DNA of 64,000 nucleotides from Verrucomicrobiota bacterium (lineage in GTDB: Bacteria > Verrucomicrobiota > Verrucomicrobiia > Limisphaerales > JAHDYP01): the NCBI GenBank assembly GCA_023383055.1, contig JAHDYP010000002.1, positions 28,791 to 92,790 of the forward strand, in the 5' to 3' direction. A model generated the notes under the pieces. That model did not search any database. It worked only from the letters and a program-made list of their open reading frames with translations, and was not told where the DNA came from. Position numbers and translations under genes: made by a program. This document shows, piece by piece, positions 28,345 through 38,370 of the stretch; the first letter of the stretch is position 1; each line of letters begins with the position of its first letter.

Positions 28345-30810
28345 TCACTCGCACCGCAACGCTTCCATCGGATCCACCCGGGCAGCGCGCCGGGCCGGCA
28401 AATACGACGCGATCAACGCCGCGACCGACAACAACAAGAGCACGCCGCCGAATACCGGCAGATTGAACGGGTTCAACCCATACAGCAGCCGCGATAGCCC
28501 AAAGGCCAGCACCAACGCGATGACCACCCCTATCCCGAGCCCCATCAAAGTCAGATGCCATCCCTCCCGGATGACCATCCGCAGCACATCCAGTCGCCGC
28601 GCACCCAACGCCACCCGCAGACCAATCTCGCGCGTTCGCTGGTTCGCCACATACGACACCACCCCGTAAATCCCCATCATCGCCAGCAATAAACCAAGCC
28701 CACCCTGCACCCCCGCCAGCACCGCTGCCATCCTCAACGGCATCATCGCCATCGCACTCTGCCGCAGGTGCTCCTCCATCGTGCGCAGATTGTAGATCGG
28801 CAGGCTCGGATCGAGCTCCGCCAACACGCGACGCAGCGCCGGCACCAGACTCATCGGATCCCCCGCCGTCCGCACGTGCAGCGTCGCCGGAGACCGATAC
28901 TGCTGATCCAACGGCAAATACAGGTAAGGCCGCGGTTGCTCCCCCAACAGGACGTACTTGCCGTCCCGGGCCAGGCCGACCACCTCGACATACTCCCCAC
29001 CTCTTCCAAACCGGAATCGTTTGCCGACCGGACTCTGCCCCGGCCAAAACCGCTCGGCCAGCGTCTCGTTGATGATCGCCACCCTCGGGGCTTTCTCCGT
29101 GTCATAAGCGTTAAATTCCCGACCCTGCAGCATCGTCACCCCCAGGGTCCGATGATAGCTGGCCTCAACGAAATTCACCCCCGCCACCACATACCCGTCC
29201 TTGCCCAATTCGCCGCCCTCGCTGATTTGGCCCTCCGCGCCCACATCGTTCAATTGGACCCCGTAGTCGAACGGAACCGAAACCGCCACCGTGGCATACT
29301 CCACCCCCGGCAACGCCCGCGTCCGCTCCAATAAAGTGTGCAGAAACTGCCGGCCCCGCTGATCTTCGTATCGCTGCAGTCCCAAATCCAAAGAGGCCAT
29401 CACCAGGTTCTCCGTGCGAAAACCCAGATCCAACCGCGACATCTGCCGCAGGCTCTCCAGAAAAAGGCCGCCCCCCACCAGCACCACCACAGATAACGCC
29501 ACCTGTGAAACCACCAGCACACTGCGCAACGGATGCCGCGCCAATCCCACGGCCATCGCACCCCCATCCTTCAACACCGACTGCAAATCCACCCGCGTAG
29601 CCCGCAATGCCGGCGCCAACCCCGTCACCACCCCTGCCCCCACCGCCAGCACCAGTATCAAACCCGACGACACCCAGTCCCATGAGGTATCCGCCCTGAT
29701 CGGAAGATCTCCCGTCGGCGTAAATCCCGCCATCAACGCCCCCGTCCACAGCGATAGCACATTGCCCAGTATCCCCCCCGCCAACGCGATCAACACGCTC
29801 TCAATCAAAATCTGCCGGATCAACCGCCAGCGCGTGGCCCCCACCGCGGCCCGAATCCCCATCTCGCGTCGACGCGCTATCGCGTGCGCAAACATCAGAT
29901 TCGCCACGTTGGCACACGCAATCAGCAGCACCAACACCACCAAGGCCATGAACATCGCCGCCGCAAACGGCATGAATTGCGAAAACGATGGCTCCGGCCG
30001 ACTCCGCATCTCCGGCACAACCAGGATCGTCGCCTCCCGATGCTGCTGCGGATAATCGGCCGCCAACTGCTTCGCCACCACATCCACCGCCGCCCGCGCC
30101 TGCGCCGCCGACACTCCCGGACTCAGCCGCGCCAATACCTTGAACGCCGGAGCACCGCGATCGCTCAACAAACTCTCCCCGTTCTCAACCAATTGCCCCA
30201 GCGCCACCGCCGGTACCCAGCCACTCACCCCGATCGACCATTGCGCCCCGCCAAATTCCTCTCGCGTTACTCCCACGACCAAAAACGGCCTGCCATTCAA
30301 TTGGATCGTTCGCCCCACCACCCCAGGATCGGCGCCAAACTTCGTCCGCCAATAATGATGCGCCAGCACCAGCATCGACTCCCCCCCAACCTGTTCGCCT
30401 TCGTCAGGGCCAAACACCCGACCCAACCCCGCCTCCGCCCCCAGCATCGTGAAATAATTCCCACTGACCGCTTCGATCCAGGTCCGCTCAGCTTGCGCCC
30501 CGGGAATGCCGAGGTTCGCGGGTGTGAGGAACAGAGCCAGCACCTCCTCAAACTCCGGCACCCGTTCCCGGTAATCCTTGAAGTCCAGCCACGAATGACC
30601 ATGAGGAAACTCGATCGCCGCGGTCTTCTGCAACACCACAACCAACCGCTCCGCATCCTTCACCGCCAACGGCTGGAAAAAGAAGCTCCGGATCATGCCG
30701 AGAATGGTCGCATTGGCACTCAGCCCCAGAGCGAGCGTGAAAACAGCCACCAGCGTAAACGCCGGCCGCTTGGCCAACATGCGAATCGCAAAACGAAGAT
30801 CGGCGAGCAT
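28345..30810 (-). CDS. ADOP-type duplicated FtsX/MacB-like ABC permease (no ATPase partner in the window)
   Basis: The N-terminus MLADLRFAIRMLAKRPAFTLVAVFTLALGLSANATI is typical. Two MacB-like periplasmic domains and two FtsX 4-TM modules follow. ATG 30810 is preferred over the track start at 30903. Confidence 0.85.
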   Translation of the reverse strand: MLADLRFAIRMLAKRPAFTLVAVFTLALGLSANATILGMIRSFFFQPLAVKDAERLVVVLQKTAAIEFPHGHSWLDFKDYRERVPEFEEVLALFLTPANLGIPGAQAERTWIEAVSGNYFTMLGAEAGLGRVFGPDEGEQVGGESMLVLAHHYWRTKFGADPGVVGRTIQLNGRPFLVVGVTREEFGGAQWSIGVSGWVPAVALGQLVENGESLLSDRGAPAFKVLARLSPGVSAAQARAAVDVVAKQLAADYPQQHREATILVVPEMRSRPEPSFSQFMPFAAAMFMALVVLVLLIACANVANLMFAHAIARRREMGIRAAVGATRWRLIRQILIESVLIALAGGILGNVLSLWTGALMAGFTPTGDLPIRADTSWDWVSSGLILVLAVGAGVVTGLAPALRATRVDLQSVLKDGGAMAVGLARHPLRSVLVVSQVALSVVVLVGGGLFLESLRQMSRLDLGFRTENLVMASLDLGLQRYEDQRGRQFLHTLLERTRALPGVEYATVAVSVPFDYGVQLNDVGAEGQISEGGELGKDGYVVAGVNFVEASYHRTLGVTMLQGREFNAYDTEKAPRVAIINETLAERFWPGQSPVGKRFRFGRGGEYVEVVGLARDGKYVLLGEQPRPYLYLPLDQQYRSPATLHVRTAGDPMSLVPALRRVLAELDPSLPIYNLRTMEEHLRQSAMAMMPLRMAAVLAGVQGGLGLLLAMMGIYGVVSYVANQRTREIGLRVALGARRLDVLRMVIREGWHLTLMGLGIGVVIALVLAFGLSRLLYGLNPFNLPVFGGVLLLLSVAALIASYLPARRAARVDPMEALRCE

Positions 30811-31079
30811 GCGCCCGCTTTTGCAGTCGCCATGCCACCCATCCCCGCACTCTCTCCGGAAAGCCACTCGCTCCTGCCACCCCCAGTCACCACCTCGCCC
30901 CATGTCCCCAGATCAATTTCTTTCCCAATCCCTTACAGCGACCGACCCGAATGGCCTGGCCACTCGTCAACCCCCTCGCTTTCCCCCCACCCCACCATGC
31001 GCCGACGGCTCCAAAACTCCGTTCCGCTCACGATCGTGGGATTCACACTTCCCGGAACTGGGACGAACCCTCTCACCCG

Positions 31080-31101
31080 GACAGAGTGACAGGTTCACGG
31101 T
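31080..31101 (+). repeat. single copy of the dispersed GTGACAGGYTC repeat
   Basis: GACAGAGTGACAGGTTCACGGT lies in the spacer between the permease and pseudopilin-like genes. Confidence 0.9.
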
Positions 31102-31149
31102 CGCTTACCACTGAGAAATGTGGATTCGGGGCGGGAGGGCAACCGATGG

Positions 31150-31989
31150 TCAAGGCGTGGTGCGCCAGGGATCCTGTATGGGAATGTAGCCAGCGTGCCA
31201 GGTGGGGGTCTTGATATCCTGGAGCGCGATCCGCCCCGCGTGCCCATCGGCATAGCTCATGTTAATGGCGCTCGGCAGCCGCTCGCCCTGCTGAACTCTC
31301 ACCTTGGCCAACGGATGCCGCGCAATCGTGCACCGGCCCAGGCTTGAGTTCACATTGCCCAGAAACAAATCCGTCGGCGGGACATCGTCTTTCCCGGGCC
31401 ATAGGTCGGGCCAGATCGCGTCCATGAAAAACGGCGTGGTGGCCGAAGACTCGATGCCGGTGTCTTTCTGAAAGAACTTCGCCTTCGTCTCGGGCGCGGT
31501 GCCGACCCATCGGCTAACCCCGTCGGGATTGCTCGACTCGTAGTAGTACAGCCAGCCGTTGATCGAGTAACTGCCCAGGGCGTTGGTCCCCGCCGTCGGC
31601 CAATACCAGGGCGCCGAGGCGTCGCCCGCAATCGGATCGGTCGGCTTGGGCGGCCGACGGGCGGCCGACGGGCAGAGACGAATCTCGTCAACATGCGCCT
31701 GGTATTCGATGAGCGTTTTCAACCAGAGCGTCCCCGTCACCGTATAATCGATGTTCCGCCCCGTGTCGGTCTGATACAGGATCGCCGCCAGCGTCAACTG
31801 TCGCAGGTTGCTCACGCAGTTGATCTGTTGCGCCTTGGTCTTCGCTTTCGACAGAGCGGGCAATAGCATCCCGGCGAGAATGGCGATGATGGCGATCACC
31901 ACGAGCAACTCGATCAGGGTGAACCCGCGCGACTGCCGGCGGGCAGAAAACCTCACGGTCCCTTTGAGGCAATCACGGGCTGGAATCAT
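31150..31989 (-). CDS. prepilin-type N-terminal cleavage/methylation domain protein (pseudopilin-like, DUF1559-like)
   Basis: The leader ...RRQSRG|[28 protein letters not shown] and the C-terminal ..MSYADGH.. are typical of the large PVC pseudopilin-like family. ATG 31989 is preferred over TTG 32022. Confidence 0.8.
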   Translation of the reverse strand: MIPARDCLKGTVRFSARRQSRGFTLIELLVVIAIIAILAGMLLPALSKAKTKAQQINCVSNLRQLTLAAILYQTDTGRNIDYTVTGTLWLKTLIEYQAHVDEIRLCPSAARRPPKPTDPIAGDASAPWYWPTAGTNALGSYSINGWLYYYESSNPDGVSRWVGTAPETKAKFFQKDTGIESSATTPFFMDAIWPDLWPGKDDVPPTDLFLGNVNSSLGRCTIARHPLAKVRVQQGERLPSAINMSYADGHAGRIALQDIKTPTWHAGYIPIQDPWRTTP

Positions 31990-32060
31990 ATGGAATGCTT
32001 GTAACGCCAACCTGCCCGTCAATCCAACTCAATCGCCAACGAAAATGCCGCCCGCCCCTA

Positions 32061-32100
32061 GAATAGAGGGACACGTAGAATAGAGGGACAGGCTCAAGGT
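32061..32100 (+). repeat. GTGACAGGYTC-family repeat (variant GGGACAGGCTC) with a duplicated left half
   Basis: GAATAGAGGGACAC (32061-32074), then GTA, then GAATAGAGGGACAGGCTCAAGGT (32078-32100). Confidence 0.85.
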
Positions 32101-32202
32101 CACATTCGCTTCGACTAACCGGGTTCTCCTGGACGGGGCATGATTATGTCAGCACATGATTTTGTCTCCCGGTGCACAGGGTTAACGCAGAGGACAGGGA
32201 AA

Positions 32203-32224
32203 GACATGGTGACAGGTTCGTAGT
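32203..32224 (+). repeat. copy of the dispersed GTGACAGGYTC repeat
   Basis: The core GTGACAGGTTC lies at 32209-32219 and is followed by GTAGT. Confidence 0.85.
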
Positions 32225-32594
32225 CGCGTATACACATCTCTTTGCTGGTCCGCATGTTAGCGGTGGACTGCGTGCGCCAGCTCTATCGCTGATAGCAAAA
32301 CCCGCACTCTCAGTTGCCACGGCGGCTATAGCGATGAAGGTGGCGGAGAGGGTCGCGACGAAGGTCTCGCGGAACCCATGGACTACGTCGGCAAAGCCCG
32401 CCTCGCGGGCGAGAAAGGCGCTTTGACCTCGTTCCGCAAGCTGCCGCACGCTGACTTGCCTCCGCACCGCAGCCAAAGCGGCGTCGCCTTCCGGTTGCCA
32501 CCGCATAACGCTTCGCCAGGTTCGGTCGCCTCGGGTGCCGACTTTCGAAAATATCCGAGCGCCGACCTCTAGCCCGCCATCGCCAAAGAGTGAT

Positions 32595-32616
32595 GACAGA
32601 GTGACAGGCTCAGGGT
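32595..32616 (+). repeat. copy of the dispersed GTGACAGGYTC repeat
   Basis: GACAGAGTGACAGGCTCAGGGT. Confidence 0.9.
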
Positions 32617-32768
32617 GCATAGCCCATAAGCTGTTGGTTGATAGCGTTTAAGGATCCAAGCGGAGGCTTGCGGTCGGAGTGTCGCACCGCTGGCTCGCCA
32701 CGACTTGCCGTCCGGCAGACCGAGCGATTTAGGTTGTGTCCGAATCCACGAATACGGCATCAAGAGCC

Positions 32769-34847
32769 ATGCCGGACGGGTTGCCCCTCAAGCCACTGCG
32801 CACGTTGATCTTATGGATCTCGTTAGCCGCGTTTCTGCCAGGCTCCAGCCCGCTCCTCGCCCATCGCGATCCCCAGGCCAGGGTCCCCAGGCTCGAGGCA
32901 CTCCAGACCGACGCCACGCTCGACGTCGATGGCTACTTAAATGAGCCCTTCTGGGCCGAGGCCGCCGTCAGCAGCGGCTTCATCGATGTGCGAACCCAAC
33001 GGCCCGCGGAGCAACAGACCACCGTGCGGATCGCCTTCACCCGCTCGCACCTATACATCGCCGTCGAGTGTCTGGACGATCGCATTGCCGAGATTCGCGC
33101 CACCGAGCAACGCGAGGATCGGGCTTTTGTGGGAGATGATTGGGTGGAGATTCATCTCGATCCGCCGCATACCCACCGCACGAAATACGCGTTCTTTGCG
33201 AACCCGCTCGGGACGCGGGCCGACGCCAATGAGGGTCCCTCGGGGATGTTCAATTACGGCTGGTCAGCGAATTGGGATCTCGCGGCGAGCATTCAAAGCG
33301 ATCGCTGGGTCTTCGAGATGCGGATTCCATTCTCCATCATGAACTATGAACGACGGGACGGCCAGTCCTGGGGCTTCAACATCACCCGCCAACTCCGGCG
33401 CACGGACGTGCTAAGCTTCTGGAGTTTCAGCGCCACCGACATGTACAAGCCCAGGCATTTCGGACACATCGAGGGGCTGGACCTGGGCGACTCGGTGTTC
33501 GACCGGAACTGGGAGGTGACGCCCTACACCAGTGTGCGCACCGATTTCAACGGGGATGTCGACACCTTGTTCCAGGCCGGCGTGGACTTCAGCTTTCGGC
33601 TCACGCCCGCCATCACCACCGCGCTCACCCTCAACCCGGACTTCGGCCAGGTCGAGGCGGACGCCGCCACGATTGAATTGCGCGACACGGAACGGTTTCT
33701 GCCCGAGAAACGCCCGTTCTTCCGCGAAGGCGACGAGCTTATCCGCATGCCGTATCGCATGTATTACAGCCGGCGCCTCAGCGATATCGACGCCGGCCTG
33801 AACACCAGCGGGCTTTACCACGGCCTCGGTTTTTCGTTCCTCAACGTCCAAGGCGACGTGGCGCGTGATGACGGTTACTACGGCAATTCCTCCGTGCTCC
33901 GCGTCCTGCAAAACATCGGCCAACGTTCCACGCTCGGCTACTACGCCAGTGTTTCGGCGCTCGAAGACGGCTACGGCGCCGCCGGCAGTGTCGACGGTTA
34001 CTTCTTTCTGACCGATGACTGGCGGGTCAGTCTCCAGGCCGCCACCACGAGCGAGCGGCTTGAAGGTGAAGCCGGCGTCGAACTCAAGGACCGTGAGGAT
34101 TATCTCGGTTTTGGCAGCCTGATCTACGAAAAGTATCCCTGGTCGTTCAACCTCGGTTACCGCGCCATCACCGAAGGATTCGATCCTTTGCTGGGTTACG
34201 TTCCGCGTCGCGACATCTTCGGGCCGTCGTTTCTCGGTCAAATCTACCTCAAGTCCGACGGCAGCTATTACAAGGAGTTCCGCGTCACCTATGAGGGAGC
34301 CTATTACGAGGACAGCGACGGCGCGGTATCCCTCCGCGATCATGGGATCTCGAGCTATGCCCTGCTGCCGAGCGACATCGGTCTGCGTCTCGGCCAATCC
34401 ATCGATTACCATGCCCCTTACGACAACCGCCGCACCAGCGCCGGCATGAGCGTCTTCACCAGCGATTTCTGGAAGTCGGCCAGCCTCACCTGGGGTGGCG
34501 GGGTCTTCGAGCAAATCGATTACAACGAGTTCATCCTGGCCAAGCCTTTCAAGCCCTGGGAACGACTCCCGATCCAATGGGAGTTCGTCGTCCGGCTCGA
34601 GGATCACCCGGACGGCAGTGAGGAAACCGTCTGGCTGAACCGGGTGGTCTTCGACCTTTACCTGGCCAAGGACATGTGGATCAAAGGTTCGTTTCAGCCG
34701 CAGAATGACGATGTGCGCAACGTCAGCATCATCTACGGCTGGAAATTCTGGCGCGAAGCCTGGTGGTACCTCGTCTTTAACAACGTCAACGACAACACCC
34801 CCGACTCCGGCAACAGCATCTTCACGAAGCTCACTTACACCTTCTGA
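32769..34847 (+). CDS. CBM9-like carbohydrate-binding domain plus DUF5916-like beta-rich protein, secreted or outer membrane
   Basis: A signal peptide is followed by DGYLNEPFW..A...GF....P......T.VRIAFT..HLYIAVEC.D...RDR...DD.VEI.LDP, the CBM9-like pattern. The long C-terminal region is rich in aromatic/Gly beta-strand sequence and ends with ..KLTYTF. Confidence 0.65.
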   Translation: MPDGLPLKPLRTLILWISLAAFLPGSSPLLAHRDPQARVPRLEALQTDATLDVDGYLNEPFWAEAAVSSGFIDVRTQRPAEQQTTVRIAFTRSHLYIAVECLDDRIAEIRATEQREDRAFVGDDWVEIHLDPPHTHRTKYAFFANPLGTRADANEGPSGMFNYGWSANWDLAASIQSDRWVFEMRIPFSIMNYERRDGQSWGFNITRQLRRTDVLSFWSFSATDMYKPRHFGHIEGLDLGDSVFDRNWEVTPYTSVRTDFNGDVDTLFQAGVDFSFRLTPAITTALTLNPDFGQVEADAATIELRDTERFLPEKRPFFREGDELIRMPYRMYYSRRLSDIDAGLNTSGLYHGLGFSFLNVQGDVARDDGYYGNSSVLRVLQNIGQRSTLGYYASVSALEDGYGAAGSVDGYFFLTDDWRVSLQAATTSERLEGEAGVELKDREDYLGFGSLIYEKYPWSFNLGYRAITEGFDPLLGYVPRRDIFGPSFLGQIYLKSDGSYYKEFRVTYEGAYYEDSDGAVSLRDHGISSYALLPSDIGLRLGQSIDYHAPYDNRRTSAGMSVFTSDFWKSASLTWGGGVFEQIDYNEFILAKPFKPWERLPIQWEFVVRLEDHPDGSEETVWLNRVVFDLYLAKDMWIKGSFQPQNDDVRNVSIIYGWKFWREAWWYLVFNNVNDNTPDSGNSIFTKLTYTF

Positions 34848-34912
34848 TGCTCGCCGACAAAGCCCGCGACGAAGGTCTGGCGAGGTACAGAGTGACCGTT
34901 ACGGGGGGGCCT

Positions 34913-35461
34913 TCAAGTTGCGTCCGGAATTTCCGCCGGACCGGCCGCGCCAGGTTCAGCTCGTCGCCGCCGGTATTCGGCCCAAACCAACCGGAAAGCG
35001 CTGGCGAATTCCTCCGGCCGAGTCCGCAGCCATTCCTCCAAACGTTCCGGGGCGCACCACTCGCCGCAGTCGATTTCCTCGGGATGCAACCGAAAAGGTC
35101 CTTCCGCGTGACCACGGTAGACCCAGATAAATTCCCAACCGGTCACCGGAGACGCGGCCAGCTTGAACAACCGCTCTGGCACGCCGTCGAGCGCCAGCCC
35201 CAGCTCTTCGCGCACCTCCCGCACCGCGCACGCATCGTACGTCTCGCCGACATCCAGGTGCCCCGATGCGGAGGAGTCCCAAGTGCCGGGGAAACAATCC
35301 TTGGCCAGCGATCGTTTCTGCAGAAACACTTCTCCTCGCCGGTTGAACACCAGCACGTGCGTCGCCCGATGCCGCAAGCCCAGGCGATGGACCTCGCGCC
35401 GGGATCGCTGGCCGATCACCTCGTCGCGTTCGTTCACCACGTCAAAGATCTCTTCGTTCAT
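34913..35461 (-). CDS. Nudix hydrolase
   Basis: 182 aa from ATG 35461. The Nudix box is GHLDVGETYDACAVREVREELG. The start overlaps the rsmA stop (ATGA). Confidence 0.8.
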   Translation of the reverse strand: MNEEIFDVVNERDEVIGQRSRREVHRLGLRHRATHVLVFNRRGEVFLQKRSLAKDCFPGTWDSSASGHLDVGETYDACAVREVREELGLALDGVPERLFKLAASPVTGWEFIWVYRGHAEGPFRLHPEEIDCGEWCAPERLEEWLRTRPEEFASAFRLVWAEYRRRRAEPGAAGPAEIPDAT

Positions 35462-36300
35462 TGGCTCGGTTCCTGACCTGCGGCCAGCAGCACCGTCAAG
35501 GCCGCCCATTGTTCCACGCTCACCGTCTCGGCCCGGACTTCCTTCGCCAATCCCAACCGCTGGAACGTCCGTTCCAGGTCGATGATCGGCCAATCCTGCC
35601 GCAGTAGTTTGAGGAGCATCTTCCGCCGTTGCGAAAACCCGCGCTTGACGATCCGCACAAAGGCTCCCGTAAGCCCGGCGCGCACCAGGCCGTCGGCTCT
35701 CCGCACCAGGGTCACACAGGCCGAATCCACCTCCGGTACCGGGAAAAAGCACCCGGCCGGCACTTTAAACCAGCCCCGGGCCTCGTAATTCAACCCCACC
35801 AATACGGTGAGCAATCCGAAGTTCCCATCCCCCGCCCGCGCCAGCAGCCGCTCGATCACTTCCAACTGCAGCGTCACGACCATGCGCTCCGGGCCGGCCG
35901 GGTTCAGCGCGAGTTCCACGAGGATCGGCGATCCCACCGAATAAGGCAGATTGGACACCAGCTTCCACCCGCCCCAATCGCGGCCGGACTCCCTCAAGTA
36001 ATCAAGTGCATCCGCCTCCACCAACTCAAGATCACCCGCCGCACCCAATCGCTCCCTCAGGCACTTCGCCAGGCGCTCGTCTTTCTCGATCGCCCGCACC
36101 CGCGCGCCCGTCTCGAGCAAAGGCCCCGTGAGCGCGCCCAGTCCCGGACCAATCTCCAGCACCCGATCGCCCGCGCCCAACTCCGCCGCGCGAACGATCC
36201 GGCGCAGTTGATTGCCATCGTGCAGAAAATTCTGCCCGAGCGATTTGGTGAGACGTATTCCCCGCTCCGACAACCAGGGCTGGATTTCGCTCAACCTCAT
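35458..36300 (-). CDS. rsmA: 16S rRNA (adenine1518/1519-N6)-dimethyltransferase
   Basis: 280 aa. KSLGQNFLHD, VLEIGPGLGALT and SNLPYS are present. Confidence 0.9.
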   Translation of the reverse strand: MRLSEIQPWLSERGIRLTKSLGQNFLHDGNQLRRIVRAAELGAGDRVLEIGPGLGALTGPLLETGARVRAIEKDERLAKCLRERLGAAGDLELVEADALDYLRESGRDWGGWKLVSNLPYSVGSPILVELALNPAGPERMVVTLQLEVIERLLARAGDGNFGLLTVLVGLNYEARGWFKVPAGCFFPVPEVDSACVTLVRRADGLVRAGLTGAFVRIVKRGFSQRRKMLLKLLRQDWPIIDLERTFQRLGLAKEVRAETVSVEQWAALTVLLAAGQEPSQ

Positions 36301-36319
36301 ATCGATCGACCCAAGTCCT

Positions 36320-37636
36320 TCACGCGTGCACCTGTGCCATCACTCCGGCCAGGGCCCTCACCGTCTGTTTCACCTGCGCCTCCGTGATCGTCAACGGCGG
36401 CGTGAACCCAATCACCTCGCCGCTCTCGCCTTCCGGCAACAAGATGTAGCCCGCCGCCAGCATCCCCTTGACCACCCGTAAGGCGAACTCCGTCGCCGGC
36501 AATCCATTCCGTTGGCGCAATTCCAGGCCCACCATCAATCCCCGGCCTCGAACCTCGCCCGCCAACCCGCCCGGCAATGCCATCGATTTCAGCTCCGCCT
36601 GCAACAACGCTCCCGTTTTCTCCGATCGTTCCCACAGCCGACCAGAGCGAATCTCGTTGATCTGCGCCAGCGCCATCGCGCAACCGACGGGATGTCCCAG
36701 GAACGTGCTGGTGTGGATCGCCTCGCCCGTCGACGCCGGCCACGCCCCATCCATCACCTCCGCCCGCCCCACGCACGCCGAAAGCGGAAACCCGCCCGTC
36801 AGGGCTTTCCCCAGGCAGAGGATATCCGGCACCACCCCCGAATGCTCGCAGGCAAACCAACGTCCCGTCCGACCGAACCCCGTGTAAACCTCGTCCAGGA
36901 TCAACAGCGCCTGATGATCCGAAGCGCACTGCCGCAACACCTCGAGAAAGCCGGTCGGCGGCACGCGCATTCCGCCACGGCCCTGAATCGGCTCCGCCAG
37001 GATCGCCGCCACCCGGCCCCGCCCCAGCACTCGGCGCAGTTCCCTCTCCATGCGCCCCAGTTCACTCGCGGTTGCCGGGAAGGCCACAAACTGGCCGAAC
37101 TGCCCCAACTGCTCCTCGAAGGGTGCTCGAAAATGCGCCCGACTCGTCACGTTCAACGCCCCGTATCCCAAACCATGATAGCCCCCGCGAAACGCAACGA
37201 TCTCCCTTCGCCCCGTCGCCAGAATCGCCGTCTTCAACGCCGCCTCAACCGCCTCGAACCCCGAGTTGCAGAAGAGGGTCTTGCCCCGCCGGTCCGTCGC
37301 GCGAGCCTTTCCTCCCTTCCCCCAACGCTCGAAAGTCAGACCGCTCAGCTCGCGCGCCAACCGCGCCTTGAGCGGATGGGGATGCACATCTCCCATCGCG
37401 TGCGGCAGTCGCGCCAACTGCCGCTGCCCCGCCCGCACCACCCGGAGGTTCGCATGTCCCGCCGCCGCCACCCCGAATGCCGCCGTCAAATCCAAATACT
37501 TGCGCCCCGCCACATCCCAGACATGGACATCCCGCGCCCGGTCCCATACGATCGGCCATGATCCGTCCGGGTCCAGAAACGTCACATTCCGCGATTCATA
37601 CGCGCGCAACTGTCGCAGGATGTCGCCCGCTCGCAT
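36320..37636 (-). CDS. class III PLP-dependent aminotransferase (ArgD/GabT-like)
   Basis: 438 aa. GFEAVEAALK, LILDEVYTGFGRTGRWFA and the PLP lysine context CLGKALTGG are present. Confidence 0.85.
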   Translation of the reverse strand: MRAGDILRQLRAYESRNVTFLDPDGSWPIVWDRARDVHVWDVAGRKYLDLTAAFGVAAAGHANLRVVRAGQRQLARLPHAMGDVHPHPLKARLARELSGLTFERWGKGGKARATDRRGKTLFCNSGFEAVEAALKTAILATGRREIVAFRGGYHGLGYGALNVTSRAHFRAPFEEQLGQFGQFVAFPATASELGRMERELRRVLGRGRVAAILAEPIQGRGGMRVPPTGFLEVLRQCASDHQALLILDEVYTGFGRTGRWFACEHSGVVPDILCLGKALTGGFPLSACVGRAEVMDGAWPASTGEAIHTSTFLGHPVGCAMALAQINEIRSGRLWERSEKTGALLQAELKSMALPGGLAGEVRGRGLMVGLELRQRNGLPATEFALRVVKGMLAAGYILLPEGESGEVIGFTPPLTITEAQVKQTVRALAGVMAQVHA

Positions 37637-37729
37637 GCCGCACCCTAGTCAGCCTTCCACAAAAAGCCAACCTCGGAGCACCGGCCTCCGGCCCGGCGCC
37701 GCGCTTCAACCGCTCAATGACCGCCTGTC

Positions 37730-38212
37730 ATGACTAATAAGAACTCCACTCCCTCCCTGCGATCCGCACGTAAGGTCACCCTCGGCCTTGTGGTCGGAGT
37801 CCTGGCCATCGTGGCCATCGGGTTCCTCCTGCTATCGCGCCCCTCCAACGCGCCTGGCGCCCAGAGCCAAACACCTCCCAAGCCGGAAGGCACCGAACCA
37901 GCTTCGCTCTACGGCGCACTGCTCGGCCGCTGGCTGCGGACGGATGGCGATTACCTGCTCGATATCCGCGCGATCGACGGAACCGGCAAGGCCCAGGTCG
38001 ATTACTTCAATCCGCGTCCAATCCATGTCGCGCGTGCCGAAGCCTCGCGCGAAGGCGAAAGCCTCAAACTGGTGGTTGTCCTCGAGGATGTGGGTTACCC
38101 CGGCAGTTATTACACCCTGGCCTGGTCGCAACCTGAAAAACGTCTCGCCGGCGAGTATTACCAGGCCACGCTCCAGGAAACGTTCGAAGTGATCTTCACG
38201 CGTTTGCCTTAG
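37730..38212 (+). CDS. hypothetical membrane-anchored protein
   Basis: 160 aa. An N-terminal TM anchor (VTLGLVVGVLAIVAIGFLLL) precedes a soluble domain. I recognise no family. Confidence 0.5.
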   Translation: MTNKNSTPSLRSARKVTLGLVVGVLAIVAIGFLLLSRPSNAPGAQSQTPPKPEGTEPASLYGALLGRWLRTDGDYLLDIRAIDGTGKAQVDYFNPRPIHVARAEASREGESLKLVVVLEDVGYPGSYYTLAWSQPEKRLAGEYYQATLQETFEVIFTRLP

Positions 38213-38370
38213 GACCGGGCGATTCCATCGTTTCGGCTCGACAACTTCCGCCCATTCCGGGCATAGGAATGCCGTCGAATCACAGTTCCCATGAAAACGA
38301 GCCAACGGGCAGTCGGTTCGCGTCTTCGATTCCCGGGTCAATCCCGCCGATCAGCAATAGGACAATACAT

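Noticed and set aside
28262-29047. Upstream 262 codons of ORF 27584..29047
   Set aside because: This part overlaps the ADOP permease gene in a different frame on the same strand. A proper signal peptide starts at ATG 28261, so only 27584-28261 is retained.
32144-32620. 158-aa minus ORF in the long spacer (plus overlapping ORFs 32172..32426 and 32378..32572)
   Set aside because: Its start codon lies inside a repeat copy. No domain or signal is recognisable, and several mutually exclusive ORFs cover the same DNA. It is treated as non-coding or relic pending a database search.
34887-34896. ACAGAGTGAC, a partial match to the left half of the dispersed repeat, plus partial matches at 50918-50925 and 13763-13770
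   Set aside because: Only 8-10 nt match and the GGYTC half is missing, so each could be chance. They are mentioned as possible degenerate copies but not counted among the 12 full copies. The 13763 match overlaps a likely ribosome-binding region.
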